A stretch of DNA of 61,511 nt, counting the filler, from Deltaproteobacteria bacterium (GTDB lineage Bacteria > JAUYMQ01), in NCBI GenBank assembly GCA_030698575.1. It is 12 parts of 12 records of this genome, joined end to end, with 100 filler letters (N's around TTAATTAATTAA, not from the genome) between each part and the next. Parts side by side here need not be neighbours in the genome. Positions count along the whole stretch, not along the records: positions 11,404 to 18,351 come from JAUYMQ010000240.1; positions 18,452 to 22,953 come from JAUYMQ010000245.1; positions 23,054 to 26,916 come from JAUYMQ010000261.1; positions 27,017 to 30,021 come from JAUYMQ010000262.1; 8 more parts are not named here. One strand, given 5' to 3'. The notes under the pieces were generated by a model. That model saw only the letters and a list, made by a program, of their open reading frames with translations. It was not told the DNA's origin and did no database searches. Shown here piece by piece: positions 18,023 to 27,400 of this stretch. Every line of letters begins with the position of its first letter. Positions within the stretch are counted from its first letter, which is position 1. Both the position numbers and the translations under genes were made by a program.

Positions 18023-18351
18023 ATGGATACGATAGGGCTCGATCTGCACAACCGCGAGAGTCAGCTGTGCGTGCTGACGGAGGCGGGGGAGATCGTGGAG
18101 CGCCGGATCGTCACCAGTCGCGCGCGGTTCACGGTGGTGCTCGGGGGCCGGCCCCCGGCGCGCATCCTGCTCGAGGCGTCGACCGTGAGCGAGTGGGTGG
18201 CCCGGCACCTGGAGACCCTCGGGCACGAGGTGATCATCGCGGATCCCAACTTCGCGCCGATGTACGCCACGCGCCGCCGTGGGGTCAAGACGGACCGGCG
18301 CGACGCGCGTACGCTTGCCGAGGCCTGCCGGCTCGGGGCGTATCGGCGCGC
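18023..18351 (+). mobile_element. IS110-family transposase, N-terminal DEDD domain (truncated)
   Basis: IGLDLH...LLEAST...KTDRRDA. Confidence 0.92.
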
Positions 18352-18451
18352 NNNNNNNNNNNNNNNNNNNNNNNNNNNNNNNNNNNNNNNNNNNNTTAAT
18401 TAATTAANNNNNNNNNNNNNNNNNNNNNNNNNNNNNNNNNNNNNNNNNNNN

Positions 18452-18492
18452 TGTCATTGCGAGGAGGGCCGCAGGCCCGACGAAGCAATCTC
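18452..18492. repeat. REP-like palindromic element
   Basis: TGTCATTGCGAGGAGGGCCGCAGGCCCGACGAAGCAATCTC, with ATTGC/GCAAT arms and an internal hairpin. Confidence 0.5.
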
Positions 18493-18574
18493 CCGGCCAA
18501 CCCGGTTCCAAAAACTCCCCGCCTGTATTAAACTGCCCACTCTCGCACGCAACGAGCCGCTGCCGAGGAGATCG

Positions 18575-19900
18575 ATGCCTCCCAAGACGAAGTACGCCAA
18601 GAGCGAGGGGGCCAGCATCGCCTACCAGGTGCTGGGTGACGGCCCCTTCGATCTGCTACTCATTCCAGGTTTCGTCTCCCACGTCGAAGCCGTCTGGGAT
18701 TTTCCAGGCGGCCGGCGTTTCCTGAACCGGCTCGGCTCCTTCTCACGCCTCATCCAGTACGACAAGCGAGGCACGGGCCTCTCCGATCCCGTCTCCGAGG
18801 TGCCTTCGACGGAGCAACGCGTGACCGATGTGCAGGCCGTCCTCGACGCGGCCGGCTCCGAGAAGCCCGCCATCATGGGCGTCTCCGAGGGCGGGCCCCT
18901 GGCCATCCACTTCGCCGCCCACCATCCCGAACGCACGCGGTCCCTGGTGCTCTATGGCACCGCGCCGCGGTTCGCATATGCGCCCGACTATGAGGGGGGG
19001 GCGCCTCCCGAGGTCTTTGAAACGATGCTGCACAGCATCGAGGAGCACTGGGGAGAGGGCGTGCTGCTCGATGTGTTCGCCCCGAGCCTGGCGGGCGACC
19101 CCGCAGCATTGGAGCTATGGGGACAATTTCAGCGGGTCGCGGCCAGCCCGTCGATGGCCCGGAAAGTCACCGAGGCGCTCTTCAAGATTGACGTCCGCGA
19201 TCTTCTCCCTCGAATCCAGGCTCCCACACTCGTGCTCCATCGCGCCGACGAGATTGCCGTCCCGGTCCAGAGCGCGCGCTACATGGCGGAGAGAATTCCG
19301 GGCGCAAAGCTGGTGGAGCTCCCCGGCGCGGACCACATGCCCTTCGCCGGCGACGTCGACGCCCTCGTGGGTGAGATCGAGGAGTTCCTGACGGGCGAGC
19401 GGCACGGGGATGAAGCCGAGCGCGTGATGGCGACAATTCTCTTCACCGACATCGTCGATTCAACGCTGAAGGCGCGAGAGCTGGGCGATCACGGCTGGGG
19501 AGAGTTGCTCGAGCGGTACCACGCGGTTGTGCGGAAAGAGCTGGCGCGTTTCAACGGGCGCGAGATGGATACTGCGGGCGACGGCTTCTTTGCCGCATTT
19601 GATCGCCCGGCCAAGGCGATCGAGTGCGCGCGCGCCGTTCGCCAGGCGGTGGAGAAGCTGGGCCTCAGGGTCAGGGCGGGGCTCCATGCCGGCGAGTGCG
19701 AGATCGTCGGCAAGAAGCTGGGCGGGATGGCCGTCCACATCGCGGCGCGTGTCATGTCGCTGGCGGGGCCCGGCGAGATCCTCGTCTCCGAGACGGTCAA
19801 GTCGCTGCTGCTCGGCTCGAATCTCCCCTTTGACGACCGCGGCGTTCACGCCCTGAAGGGGATTCCCGCCGAGTGGCGCCTCTTCTCCGCCGGCAATTGA
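18575..19900 (+). CDS. alpha/beta hydrolase - class III adenylate/guanylate cyclase fusion (LipJ-like)
   Basis: YDKRGTGLSD and GVSEGG; TILFTDIVDST, AGDGFFA, GLHAGE, AVHIAARV. Confidence 0.9.
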   Translation: MPPKTKYAKSEGASIAYQVLGDGPFDLLLIPGFVSHVEAVWDFPGGRRFLNRLGSFSRLIQYDKRGTGLSDPVSEVPSTEQRVTDVQAVLDAAGSEKPAIMGVSEGGPLAIHFAAHHPERTRSLVLYGTAPRFAYAPDYEGGAPPEVFETMLHSIEEHWGEGVLLDVFAPSLAGDPAALELWGQFQRVAASPSMARKVTEALFKIDVRDLLPRIQAPTLVLHRADEIAVPVQSARYMAERIPGAKLVELPGADHMPFAGDVDALVGEIEEFLTGERHGDEAERVMATILFTDIVDSTLKARELGDHGWGELLERYHAVVRKELARFNGREMDTAGDGFFAAFDRPAKAIECARAVRQAVEKLGLRVRAGLHAGECEIVGKKLGGMAVHIAARVMSLAGPGEILVSETVKSLLLGSNLPFDDRGVHALKGIPAEWRLFSAGN

Positions 19901-20653
19901 CTACTGCCGCTGCCCGGTGGGCCGGATGAGCACCTCGTTCACGCTCACGTGCGGCGGCTGCGAAACCGCGTAGAGAATGCCCCGCGCGATGTCCTCCGAT
20001 TTCAGCACCTCGCCGATCTCCGCCTTCATCTTCTCGACCGCGGGCGCGATCATGGGATGCGAGCTATGTCCGGCCAGCTCGGTCTCGACGAATCCGGGCT
20101 CGATGGTCGTCACACGGACCTTCCCGCGGTTCACTTCCTGCCGCAGCGCCTCCGAGAAGCCGCAGACGCGGAACTTCGTGAAGTTGTAGACAGCGGCGCC
20201 GGCGGCGGCACGGCGGCCGGCTATTGAGGAAATGTTCACGATGTCACCGCCCCCCTGCTCGAGCATGATGGGAAGCGCGGCGTGGGTGCAGTAGAGAAGC
20301 CCCAGAATGTTCACCTCGACCATCCGGCGCCACTCGTTCGTGTCGGCGCCGATGACGGGGCCGAGCAGCATCACGCCCGCGTTGTTCACGAGGATGTCGA
20401 GCCGGCCCAGCTCCTTCTGGGTGCGCTCGATGAACCCCCGCGCTTCGCTCTCCTGCGTGATGTCCGTCTCGATCGCCAGCGCCTTCCCGCCCGCCGACTG
20501 GATCTTCTTCGCGAGCGCATCCAGCCTGTCGGCCCGCCGGGCGCCCAGCGAGACGACCGCGCCGGCTTCCGCCAGCATGACCGCGGTGGCCTCGCCGATT
20601 CCCGACGACGCTCCCGTGATTGCCGCCACCTTCCCCTTCAACATCTTCTCCAT
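19901..20653 (-). CDS. short-chain dehydrogenase/reductase
   Basis: TGASSGIG, NNAG and YNFTK motifs. Confidence 0.93.
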   Translation of the reverse strand: MEKMLKGKVAAITGASSGIGEATAVMLAEAGAVVSLGARRADRLDALAKKIQSAGGKALAIETDITQESEARGFIERTQKELGRLDILVNNAGVMLLGPVIGADTNEWRRMVEVNILGLLYCTHAALPIMLEQGGGDIVNISSIAGRRAAAGAAVYNFTKFRVCGFSEALRQEVNRGKVRVTTIEPGFVETELAGHSSHPMIAPAVEKMKAEIGEVLKSEDIARGILYAVSQPPHVSVNEVLIRPTGQRQ

Positions 20654-20678
20654 GAAGCTTCCTTTCGAATTGGGTAAA

Positions 20679-21089
20679 CTAGCTCGCCTTCAGGGCCCGG
20701 GCGGCGCGCGCGTAGTCCTTGGCCTTGACCCATAGGATTGCGCCGAAGCGCCCGTTCCCGGCGCAAGTCGCATCGACGGCGGTCATGTTGATGCGGGCAT
20801 CGGCGAGGCGCTTGACGTGCCGGTAGACGGCGCCGATCTGATCCGTACCGGTGATCAGGAAACCACGCTTGACCTTGCCGAGCTTCCAGCCGTTTTTCTT
20901 CGCGACACGGCGTACGCCCGCCATGTCGGCGGTCACGAGATCGATCTGGGACTTGCCCCCCTTGTCGGGAAATCCCGTGAAAGCGAGCAGGTTGACCCGC
21001 CCTTCCTGCAGCCCGCGCAGCACCTGCGCCGCCGTTCCCGCCCGGTTCGGAACCTTGACGTCCACGTAGCTCATTTTGCGCACCGCCAT
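20679..21089 (-). CDS. ACT-domain-like protein
   Basis: Two ACT-like repeats (VPNRAGTAAQVL...VNLLAF; DQIGAV...LADARIN). Confidence 0.65.
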   Translation of the reverse strand: MAVRKMSYVDVKVPNRAGTAAQVLRGLQEGRVNLLAFTGFPDKGGKSQIDLVTADMAGVRRVAKKNGWKLGKVKRGFLITGTDQIGAVYRHVKRLADARINMTAVDATCAGNGRFGAILWVKAKDYARAARALKAS

Positions 21090-21102
21090 GACAACCCCTC
21101 CT

Positions 21103-21849
21103 TTATTGTGCTTGGATTCGGGTACCGCAGATCACCACTTCGCCGTCACGGACAGGAAGGCCGCGCCCGCGCGCCTCGCTCATGAAGCGCTCCCGGTCGG
21201 CCACGTCGAGAACGATGCGCGACAGTCCCTCGCCCCTTCCATCCGTCTCCTTCTCGAAATCGATGAATCCGCCTTCGATGGCGATCCGCGGGTCACCCCC
21301 CTCGCCGGTCGAAAGCGGCCGGCCGAGAATCCGCGACCACCGGTCGGCCAGCGCCGCGGGGCGCGACGCCTGGATGCCGATGCCCGTGATGGCGCGGACA
21401 ATCTCACTGCGCGGGCGTGATTGCCAGTCGGGACCTGCCCAGAGCCAGGAGGACGGCGGCCGCGCCGCGTCGAGTGAGAGGATGGCGCCCCCGACGTCAC
21501 GCGGATGAAGGTGGGTCGCCGAGATCTCGGGCAAGTCGATGCTCCAGACCACTCGCACCGCCAGTTCCGCCACGCGCTTTCGCTCCTGCTCCAGATCGTC
21601 GCACTGGAGGATCACCATGTAGCCGGCGTCGCCGCCCTTCCGGTCGAGGTACCGCGCCGCGGAAGCGTCGGCGGTCACGGGACAGACGACCTCGATAAAA
21701 GTGTCGCCGAGAGCCATGACGGCGTTCTGCAGCCCGAAGACCCCCACGTTGGGATCGCGGAAGCAGACCTCGGTTCCCAGCACGCTCGCGAGCGAGGCAA
21801 CCACGGGCTCCAGCTCGCGCGCGGCGAGCACCACCTGCCTGATCCTCAT
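21103..21849 (-). CDS. VOC/glyoxalase-like family protein
   Basis: RQVVLAARELEP...FGLQNAVM..GDTFIEV...HLHPRDVGGAILSLD. Confidence 0.75.
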   Translation of the reverse strand: MRIRQVVLAARELEPVVASLASVLGTEVCFRDPNVGVFGLQNAVMALGDTFIEVVCPVTADASAARYLDRKGGDAGYMVILQCDDLEQERKRVAELAVRVVWSIDLPEISATHLHPRDVGGAILSLDAARPPSSWLWAGPDWQSRPRSEIVRAITGIGIQASRPAALADRWSRILGRPLSTGEGGDPRIAIEGGFIDFEKETDGRGEGLSRIVLDVADRERFMSEARGRGLPVRDGEVVICGTRIQAQ

Positions 21850-21864
21850 GATCGCGCCACCTCC

Positions 21865-22257
21865 TCAGGCCGCTGCCATCATCTTCTCGCGCACTATTCC
21901 CGCCAGCTTCGCGAGGCCGTTCATCGGGCGAATCATGACGTCCAGGTTCTGAATCTTGCCGTCGTCGTTGAGCGTGATGAGATCGATCCCCTGGAGCTTG
22001 AGATCTCCCACCCTTCCGGTGAACTCGAGGGCCAGCTCGCGCCCGTCAATCCACTCGCGGTGGTACGTGAAGTCGTCGATCGTGCTGATGATGATACCGA
22101 GGAGTCGCTGCACGACCGGCTTGGTCTCGAGCTTGGTCCAGTAAGGCGGCGCGCCCATCGTCATGTCGTCGGCCAGCAGCGCCTCGAGTCCGGCCGCGTC
22201 GCGGGTGGCGACGACCTTGTGCCAGCGCTCCAGAAAAGCCTTTGCATCCACATCCAT
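21865..22257 (-). CDS. SnoaL/NTF2-like protein
   Basis: W...D..GLEALLADD...ALEFTGRVG...GIDLITLNDDGKI..L.VMIRP. Confidence 0.8.
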   Translation of the reverse strand: MDVDAKAFLERWHKVVATRDAAGLEALLADDMTMGAPPYWTKLETKPVVQRLLGIIISTIDDFTYHREWIDGRELALEFTGRVGDLKLQGIDLITLNDDGKIQNLDVMIRPMNGLAKLAGIVREKMMAAA

Positions 22258-22496
22258 ATCCCAAGCCCTCCTTTCAATCCTTCTGAGCCCACCTTACGGG
22301 GCTGGCCCGTGAAAGATCAAGCGAGCCGCCGGGGCGCGGGGACAGTCCCGCGGAGAAAGGCGAATGGCCCATGCTGGAGGCTGCGGCCGGGGCCCGGAAG
22401 GGGCACCCGTGGACGCGCAAAGCGCCGGGGCGTTAGGATGCCGATCCGCGATGGCAAGATTAGCCCCGGGGACCAACCCCGGGATGAGGAGGACGC

Positions 22497-22953
22497 ATGC
22501 GCGCCCTGACTGATGGACTCTGGGTGGCCGACCGCACGCTCAAGATCCTGGGCACCCACCTGCCGATCCGGATGACCGTCATCCGGCTTTCAGACGGAGG
22601 GCTCTGGCTCCACTCTCCGGTGCGGCTCGACGCCCAGACGCGAAAATCGCTCGACGCCCTGGGTCCGGTGCGGCACGTCGTGGCGCCCAACAAGGTGCAC
22701 CACCTGTTCGCACGCGCCTACTTCGAAGCCTATCCCGATGCGCGCGTCTTCGCCTGTCCCGGACTCGCGGAGAAGCGCAAGGATCTGCCGTTTCACGGCA
22801 CCCTCTCCGATGAAGCCCCGAAGGCCTGGGCCGGAGAGATCGATCAGCATCTGCTCGGTGGCATCCCCTACCTTCAGGAGGTTGACTTCTTCCACGCCGC
22901 AAGCCGCACGCTCCTGCTGACCGATCTGGTTTTCCACGCCGAGCCGACCACTC
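22497..22953 (+). CDS. DUF4336-like protein (3' truncated)
   Basis: RMTVIRLSDGGLWLHSPV...VAPNKVHHLF...FFHAASRTLLLTDL. Confidence 0.8.
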
Positions 22954-23053
22954 NNNNNNNNNNNNNNNNNNNNNNNNNNNNNNNNNNNNNNNNNNNNTTA
23001 ATTAATTAANNNNNNNNNNNNNNNNNNNNNNNNNNNNNNNNNNNNNNNNNNNN

Positions 23054-23694
23054 CGCCGGCAGGCACGGGCCACGGCGGCGGCGTACTGGCGGCCAGGGGC
23101 GTCGTTATCCGGGAGGATCACCACCTGCTGCACCCCGAGGCGCGCGAGCTGCTCCGCGTATTCATCGCGGAAGGCCTGCGCCCCGCCGGGTGACGTGGTG
23201 GCCGTGATGCCAAGTCCTCCGAGCCGGTCGGCGTCCTTCTCGCCCTCGGTCCAGTACACGCACGCTTGCTCAGCGAGTGTGGGCAGCCGGTACAGCACGC
23301 GATGGACGTCCTTGAGATTCCAAGTCCAACCGCCCGCGCCGTCTGCGCGCCGTAGCCGGAAGTCCTTGGGCTCATACTTCACCACCTGGTAGAGCAGCGC
23401 GGCGGCGCCGTCCGTGTAGTCGTAGGTCGCCACAATGCGGCGGGCGCTTCCTCGAGGGCGCGGCCCTGGGCTGTTTGGCGAACACAGAGCCTTCATGTCG
23501 AGCCCGACGGCGCGGGCGATCTGCTCGACCGTGCAGCTCGCGTGGCACTTGACGATCAGGCTTCCGGTGTCCCCGTCGCGGAAACTAAGTGACGCGCGCC
23601 GGTCATCGTGTCCCGGGCACTTCGCGTCCCACCACTGGCCGTCACCGCGGTGTCGCGCGCCCTTCACGAGCCGGGCAAACTCTGCGGCCGTCAC
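23054..23694 (-). CDS. phage/satellite-type primase (Zn finger + TOPRIM), truncated
   Basis: CPGHDD..SLS...KCHASC; YDY.D; EGEKDAD; ILPDNDAPG. Confidence 0.85.
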
Positions 23695-23858
23695 TCGTGT
23701 TCCTCGAGGAGCACAAGCGCGTCGAGCCAGAGCGAGATGCGACCCGACCACGGCCACCCATGCCGGTCAAACGCCGTCTCCACGATTCCGCGAGCGGCGC
23801 GGGCCTCGAGCGCGACGGGGTTGCGCGTCAAGGACAAGTGTGTGAAGGTGGTTTTCAT
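23691..23858 (-). CDS. small hypothetical protein coupled to the primase
   Basis: MKTTFTHL...LEEHE; stop overlaps the primase GTG. Confidence 0.4.
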   Translation of the reverse strand: MKTTFTHLSLTRNPVALEARAARGIVETAFDRHGWPWSGRISLWLDALVLLEEHE

Positions 23859-23913
23859 CCAGTCTCCACGCGCCTGGGCCATGGCCGACAAGCCGCCCCG
23901 GCGCGTTCTTGTT

Positions 23914-24141
23914 TCAGGCCGACACAGGATTCGGGCGACCAGCTTTCTTCGATCGCAGCCGCTGTGCACGGGCACGCTGACGCCGCAACTGCTCGACGGC
24001 GCTCGGGTCGAATAGCCGTCGGCCGGTGGCCGTCCGCATAGCCACAGGCAGCGTGCCGCCGTCCGCAAGCTGCCGTACCCGAAAAGGCGAGACGCGCAAC
24101 ACGAGGGCCGCCTGGCCCGTTTCGAGAAGCTCATTCGCCAT
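23914..24141 (-). CDS. MerR/excisionase-like helix-turn-helix protein
   Basis: LLETGQAALVLRVSPFRVRQLADGGTLP...TGRRLFD; GGAGG RBS. Confidence 0.75.
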   Translation of the reverse strand: MANELLETGQAALVLRVSPFRVRQLADGGTLPVAMRTATGRRLFDPSAVEQLRRQRARAQRLRSKKAGRPNPVSA

Positions 24142-24172
24142 CGTTGATCACCTCCACTATCTCGTTTAGCGC

Positions 24173-25231
24173 ATGGTAGAGTGGGGCGGAAGAAGCGATA
24201 AAGCTCAGCGGGCTTTATCGCGGGTCAGATGGGGCCTCGGGCGCGCCGGCCGAGGCGAGACAGAGAGGGCAGATGTGGACGTAGCGCCAAAGACCGATAG
24301 CGACACGGGGAGTCTCCTCGATCTCCTCCGCCACCTCGTCGCTTCGGTGCAGCGGGTCGACGGGGAAGGCGCGCGGCCCCTCCGCCAAATCGAAACCTTG
24401 TCTGTGAAAGCCCTGGGAAGGCTCCTTCATCACCAGGACCCGCGGCTTAAGAAGCTCGCTGAGGACGAGCGCTCACGGCGAGCGAACCTGCGGCGGGGGC
24501 TGGCGAGGTTCGATCGCATCACCGCTGCCTGGGCCCTGCGCCGCTCACCGGCACTCGCGCAGGCCAAGGCGGTGCTCGCTGCTCTCCCCCTGAGCGACGC
24601 GGCTAAGGCGCACATTTCCCACCTCCTTCGTGGCGCCCCAGTCGGTCGGTTTCGTGATCGTCGAGAGGCACCGAGGGTGGCCGAGCTCTGCGCCACGCTC
24701 CTGCAGGCGCCTAAGGAGCTTATCGAGCTCGTCCGTGCGGCCGAAACATCACAGGGATTATCCCGGGGCACGGCGGAGGCCATCGCCGAAGCTCGAGCCG
24801 CGAGCCCCTTCTTCGGGATGGTGGGGCGACTGGTGGGGGAGCTTGAGCTCGAGCCTCTTGATTCGGAGATCCGTCGGTACTGGGGCCGCCCGAGCGCGGC
24901 CCACTGGGCGAAGCTCGCGGATGCCATCGCCGCTGAGATCAAGCTAGAAAGTCCTCGATGCATGTGGCCCTGGGTTGCGGACCTGCTTCGCCCATTGATC
25001 GAAACGAGCGGGGACAAGATCCTCACTGACGCGGTCCATATTCGCCAGCTCGTGGATCACCTCCATCGTCGTCAACGCCCAAAAGGGATCGACGGGGACC
25101 AGGCCACGATCGCATTGGCGGACTTCCTCGAATCCACTGAGATGAGTGACGAGCTGTGGGCCAAGATGAGGGCTACGCCCCAGCAAGATGAGGGCTACCC
25201 CCCAGGACGTCGCACGGAGATGAGTCAATGA
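24173..25231 (+). CDS. hypothetical protein (start uncertain)
   Basis: 352-aa ORF divergent from the HTH gene and coupled to hicB. Confidence 0.5.
   Translation: MVEWGGRSDKAQRALSRVRWGLGRAGRGETERADVDVAPKTDSDTGSLLDLLRHLVASVQRVDGEGARPLRQIETLSVKALGRLLHHQDPRLKKLAEDERSRRANLRRGLARFDRITAAWALRRSPALAQAKAVLAALPLSDAAKAHISHLLRGAPVGRFRDRREAPRVAELCATLLQAPKELIELVRAAETSQGLSRGTAEAIAEARAASPFFGMVGRLVGELELEPLDSEIRRYWGRPSAAHWAKLADAIAAEIKLESPRCMWPWVADLLRPLIETSGDKILTDAVHIRQLVDHLHRRQRPKGIDGDQATIALADFLESTEMSDELWAKMRATPQQDEGYPPGRRTEMSQ
25162..25205 (+). repeat. 22-bp tandem duplication
   Basis: CAAGATGAGGGCTACGCCCCAG / CAAGATGAGGGCTACCCCCCAG (one mismatch). Confidence 0.85.
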
Positions 25232-25434
25232 AGGCTACGCTCACGATGGAATACTGGCGCGACGGGGCGTGGTGGGTCGGCCAGCTCCGCGAAGTGCCAG
25301 GCGTGTTCAGCCAGGGGAAGACCCTCGCCGAGCTGGATGCGAATCTCCGCGACGCCTACCGGCTTGTACTGAAGGACCGGCAGCCCGTTCGGCGCCGGGG
25401 GGTCCGCCGAAGGCCCCTCGCGCTCGCCGTGTGA
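25228..25434 (+). CDS. hicB: HicB family antitoxin (short form)
   Basis: WWVGQLREVPGVFSQGKTLAELDANLRDAY. Confidence 0.88.
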   Translation: MKATLTMEYWRDGAWWVGQLREVPGVFSQGKTLAELDANLRDAYRLVLKDRQPVRRRGVRRRPLALAV

Positions 25435-25640
25435 AACGTGAGGCGCTCCTCCGCGAGCTGAAGGGTGCCGGCTGCGTTCTCAAGCGACACGGGAAACGCC
25501 ATGACCTCTACACCAACCCCCAGAACGGACGGAGTGCTCCGGTTCCCCGGCACACCGAAATCGCCAACACGCTCTGTGAGGTGATCCGCAAACAGCTTGG
25601 GATCAGATCCCAGCGCGACACTCGGAAGGGGGAGTCATGA
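25431..25640 (+). CDS. hicA: HicA family mRNA interferase toxin
   Basis: MKREALLRELKGAGCVLKRHGKRHDLY.NP....APVPRHTEI; GTGA overlap. Confidence 0.88.
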   Translation: MKREALLRELKGAGCVLKRHGKRHDLYTNPQNGRSAPVPRHTEIANTLCEVIRKQLGIRSQRDTRKGES

Positions 25641-26203
25641 GCAGGGAGGACGCGCGATGGGCACTCGGCCTCGTTGTCGGGGTTGGGGTGGCGGTGTATG
25701 CCGGGGTCCTCGCGTGGAAGCAGGCGCTCGGGTTAGTCGGCTACTTCGGCGCGTATGTGGTGGCGATGGCGGCTGGCATCGCCCTGATTTTCGTGTGCAT
25801 GGCGCTGACCGGCGTGAGCCTGGAGTTGTTTGAGTGGCTCTGTAAGAGGTTCCCCGTGCTGGGCTCCGCGGCGGGACGAGTCTTCTGCTGGGTGCTGTCG
25901 GCAGTGATCCTAGTCTTCGCGGCGGTGGTTGCTTGGCACGTCGCGTGGGACATGGGCGGCTTCGCGTCGGCCAGTCCCGGCGCTTCCCTGATCGGGCTTC
26001 TGGGCGCCTTCTGGTTTCCGCTTGTGGCCGGCCTCGTGGTGCTCGCCCGCGCCATCTGGCGGCGGTATCGGCCGGATAGGCCGCCGCGGCGAGCAGCCGA
26101 CCCCAAGTGTCCCGGCGACGGCTCAAGCCAGACAGCGCTTGACTACAAGCTGAGGGAGATCGACGACGAATTCGTTGATCTCGGCGAGCCGCCACGGCGG
26201 TAA
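25637..26203 (+). CDS. hypothetical membrane protein
   Basis: About four hydrophobic helices; ATGA overlap with hicA. Confidence 0.55.
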   Translation: MSREDARWALGLVVGVGVAVYAGVLAWKQALGLVGYFGAYVVAMAAGIALIFVCMALTGVSLELFEWLCKRFPVLGSAAGRVFCWVLSAVILVFAAVVAWHVAWDMGGFASASPGASLIGLLGAFWFPLVAGLVVLARAIWRRYRPDRPPRRAADPKCPGDGSSQTALDYKLREIDDEFVDLGEPPRR

Positions 26204-26258
26204 ATCGGCTCCACGAGAGGGTTGATCCGATCGCTGGGCGAGTGACAGGATCCCTTAG

Positions 26259-26729
26259 TTGCTGGCGCTCGATCGCCTCGCTCTCCGGGTGCAGGGGGGC
26301 TGTCCAGTGTGGAATCCGGCTCACCACTCGGGTCAGGATAACCTGGCCTGGAGCCTCTTGAGAGCCATGGAATGGGGGCGGTGGCCAATCTTCTTGTCGC
26401 AGCCCGTGGCCCCAATCCTTCTCATGTTTCTAAATTGGGAATCGGTTGTCGCCGGGGTCGTCGTCGCGAATCTCGGGTGGGCCGTGCTTGTGCGTTACCG
26501 TTTCGTCAGTGTTCGAGCGGCATACCTCGGGGTGTTCTTCGCCAAACTCAAGTGGTTAACGTGCCCGACCTCAGCCGCGTATCTCTTCGCTCATGGCGCG
26601 GCTACCTCGGCGGTACTGGCTCTCTTGTGGCCGCTTGTCATTTTCGTGCTCGGCGCCGCGCCTACCACCCAGGTCGGGAGAATACAAAGCATGTTCATGA
26701 AGGCATTGGACTGCGAGAGGTTGACGTGA
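26259..26729 (+). CDS. hypothetical membrane protein (start uncertain)
   Basis: Hydrophobic ORF with lower GC. Confidence 0.5.
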   Translation: MLALDRLALRVQGGCPVWNPAHHSGQDNLAWSLLRAMEWGRWPIFLSQPVAPILLMFLNWESVVAGVVVANLGWAVLVRYRFVSVRAAYLGVFFAKLKWLTCPTSAAYLFAHGAATSAVLALLWPLVIFVLGAAPTTQVGRIQSMFMKALDCERLT

Positions 26730-26819
26730 GGGAGCGTCTGCCGGGCGTCAGGTCCTCGCACCCTCGCCAGGAGGGCAGCCAGCATAGCGAGGACGCTCCC
26801 GCCATGTCCGACTTAGGCC

Positions 26820-26916
26820 CAATGCCGTTTAGATAACACGACGACGGCTGTTCCGCCGTGATCGCTTGAGGGGGTAGTTGCTCATCTTGATCTTCACCGC
26901 GCGCGGGAAGCGCCGC
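26820..26916 (-). mobile_element. IS4-family element end: transposase C-terminus plus terminal inverted repeat
   Basis: Minus frame RRFPRAVKIKMSNYPLKR...VI* (26915-26829) running into CAATGCCGTTTAGATAA, an IS4-type IR. Confidence 0.7.
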
Positions 26917-27066
26917 NNNNNNNNNNNNNNNNNNNNNNNNNNNNNNNNNNNNNNNNNNNNTTAATTAATTAANNNNNNNNNNNNNNNNNNNNNNNNNNNN
27001 NNNNNNNNNNNNNNNNCATGGAGATCGAGAACCCCCGCCGCCTGCTGGGCCTCTGAGCAGGCGCCG

Positions 27067-27119
27067 CTTTTCACAGGGCGCCCCACCCTCTCCACACCCT
27101 TGTCCACAGCTATTTCACA
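27067..27119. promoter_or_regulatory. cluster of DnaA-box-like 9-mers
   Basis: CTTTTCACA, CTCTCCACA, TTGTCCACA and TATTTCACA in the same orientation, upstream of a minus-strand ATG at the contig edge (27017-27019). Confidence 0.5.
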
Positions 27120-27150
27120 GCCCCGCGACGGCGGGGTGCGGCCCCGGTCT

Positions 27151-27363
27151 TCAAGCCTTGCGGATCCGGATGTAGATTTCCTCGCAGCGGAGCGAGCAGA
27201 AGTAGACGTCGGTGTCGGTGGGATCGCCGTAGCCGGTGGCGGCGCCGGGCGCGGGAATCGCGCACGCACCGCACACCGGTCGAGTGCAGGCGAGGCAGGT
27301 GAGCGGGGCAGGCAATCCGCAGCGAGTGCAGGCGGGGTCGGTGCTGACACTGGGCTCTGTCAC
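27151..27363 (-). CDS. small Cys-rich zinc-finger-like protein
   Basis: CTRC, CLAC, CGAC and FCSLRC; coupled to the GMC gene region. Confidence 0.55.
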   Translation of the reverse strand: MTEPSVSTDPACTRCGLPAPLTCLACTRPVCGACAIPAPGAATGYGDPTDTDVYFCSLRCEEIYIRIRKA

Positions 27364-27400
27364 GTGTTCATCCTCAGTACGGCGTCCGGGTGGTGTTGCC

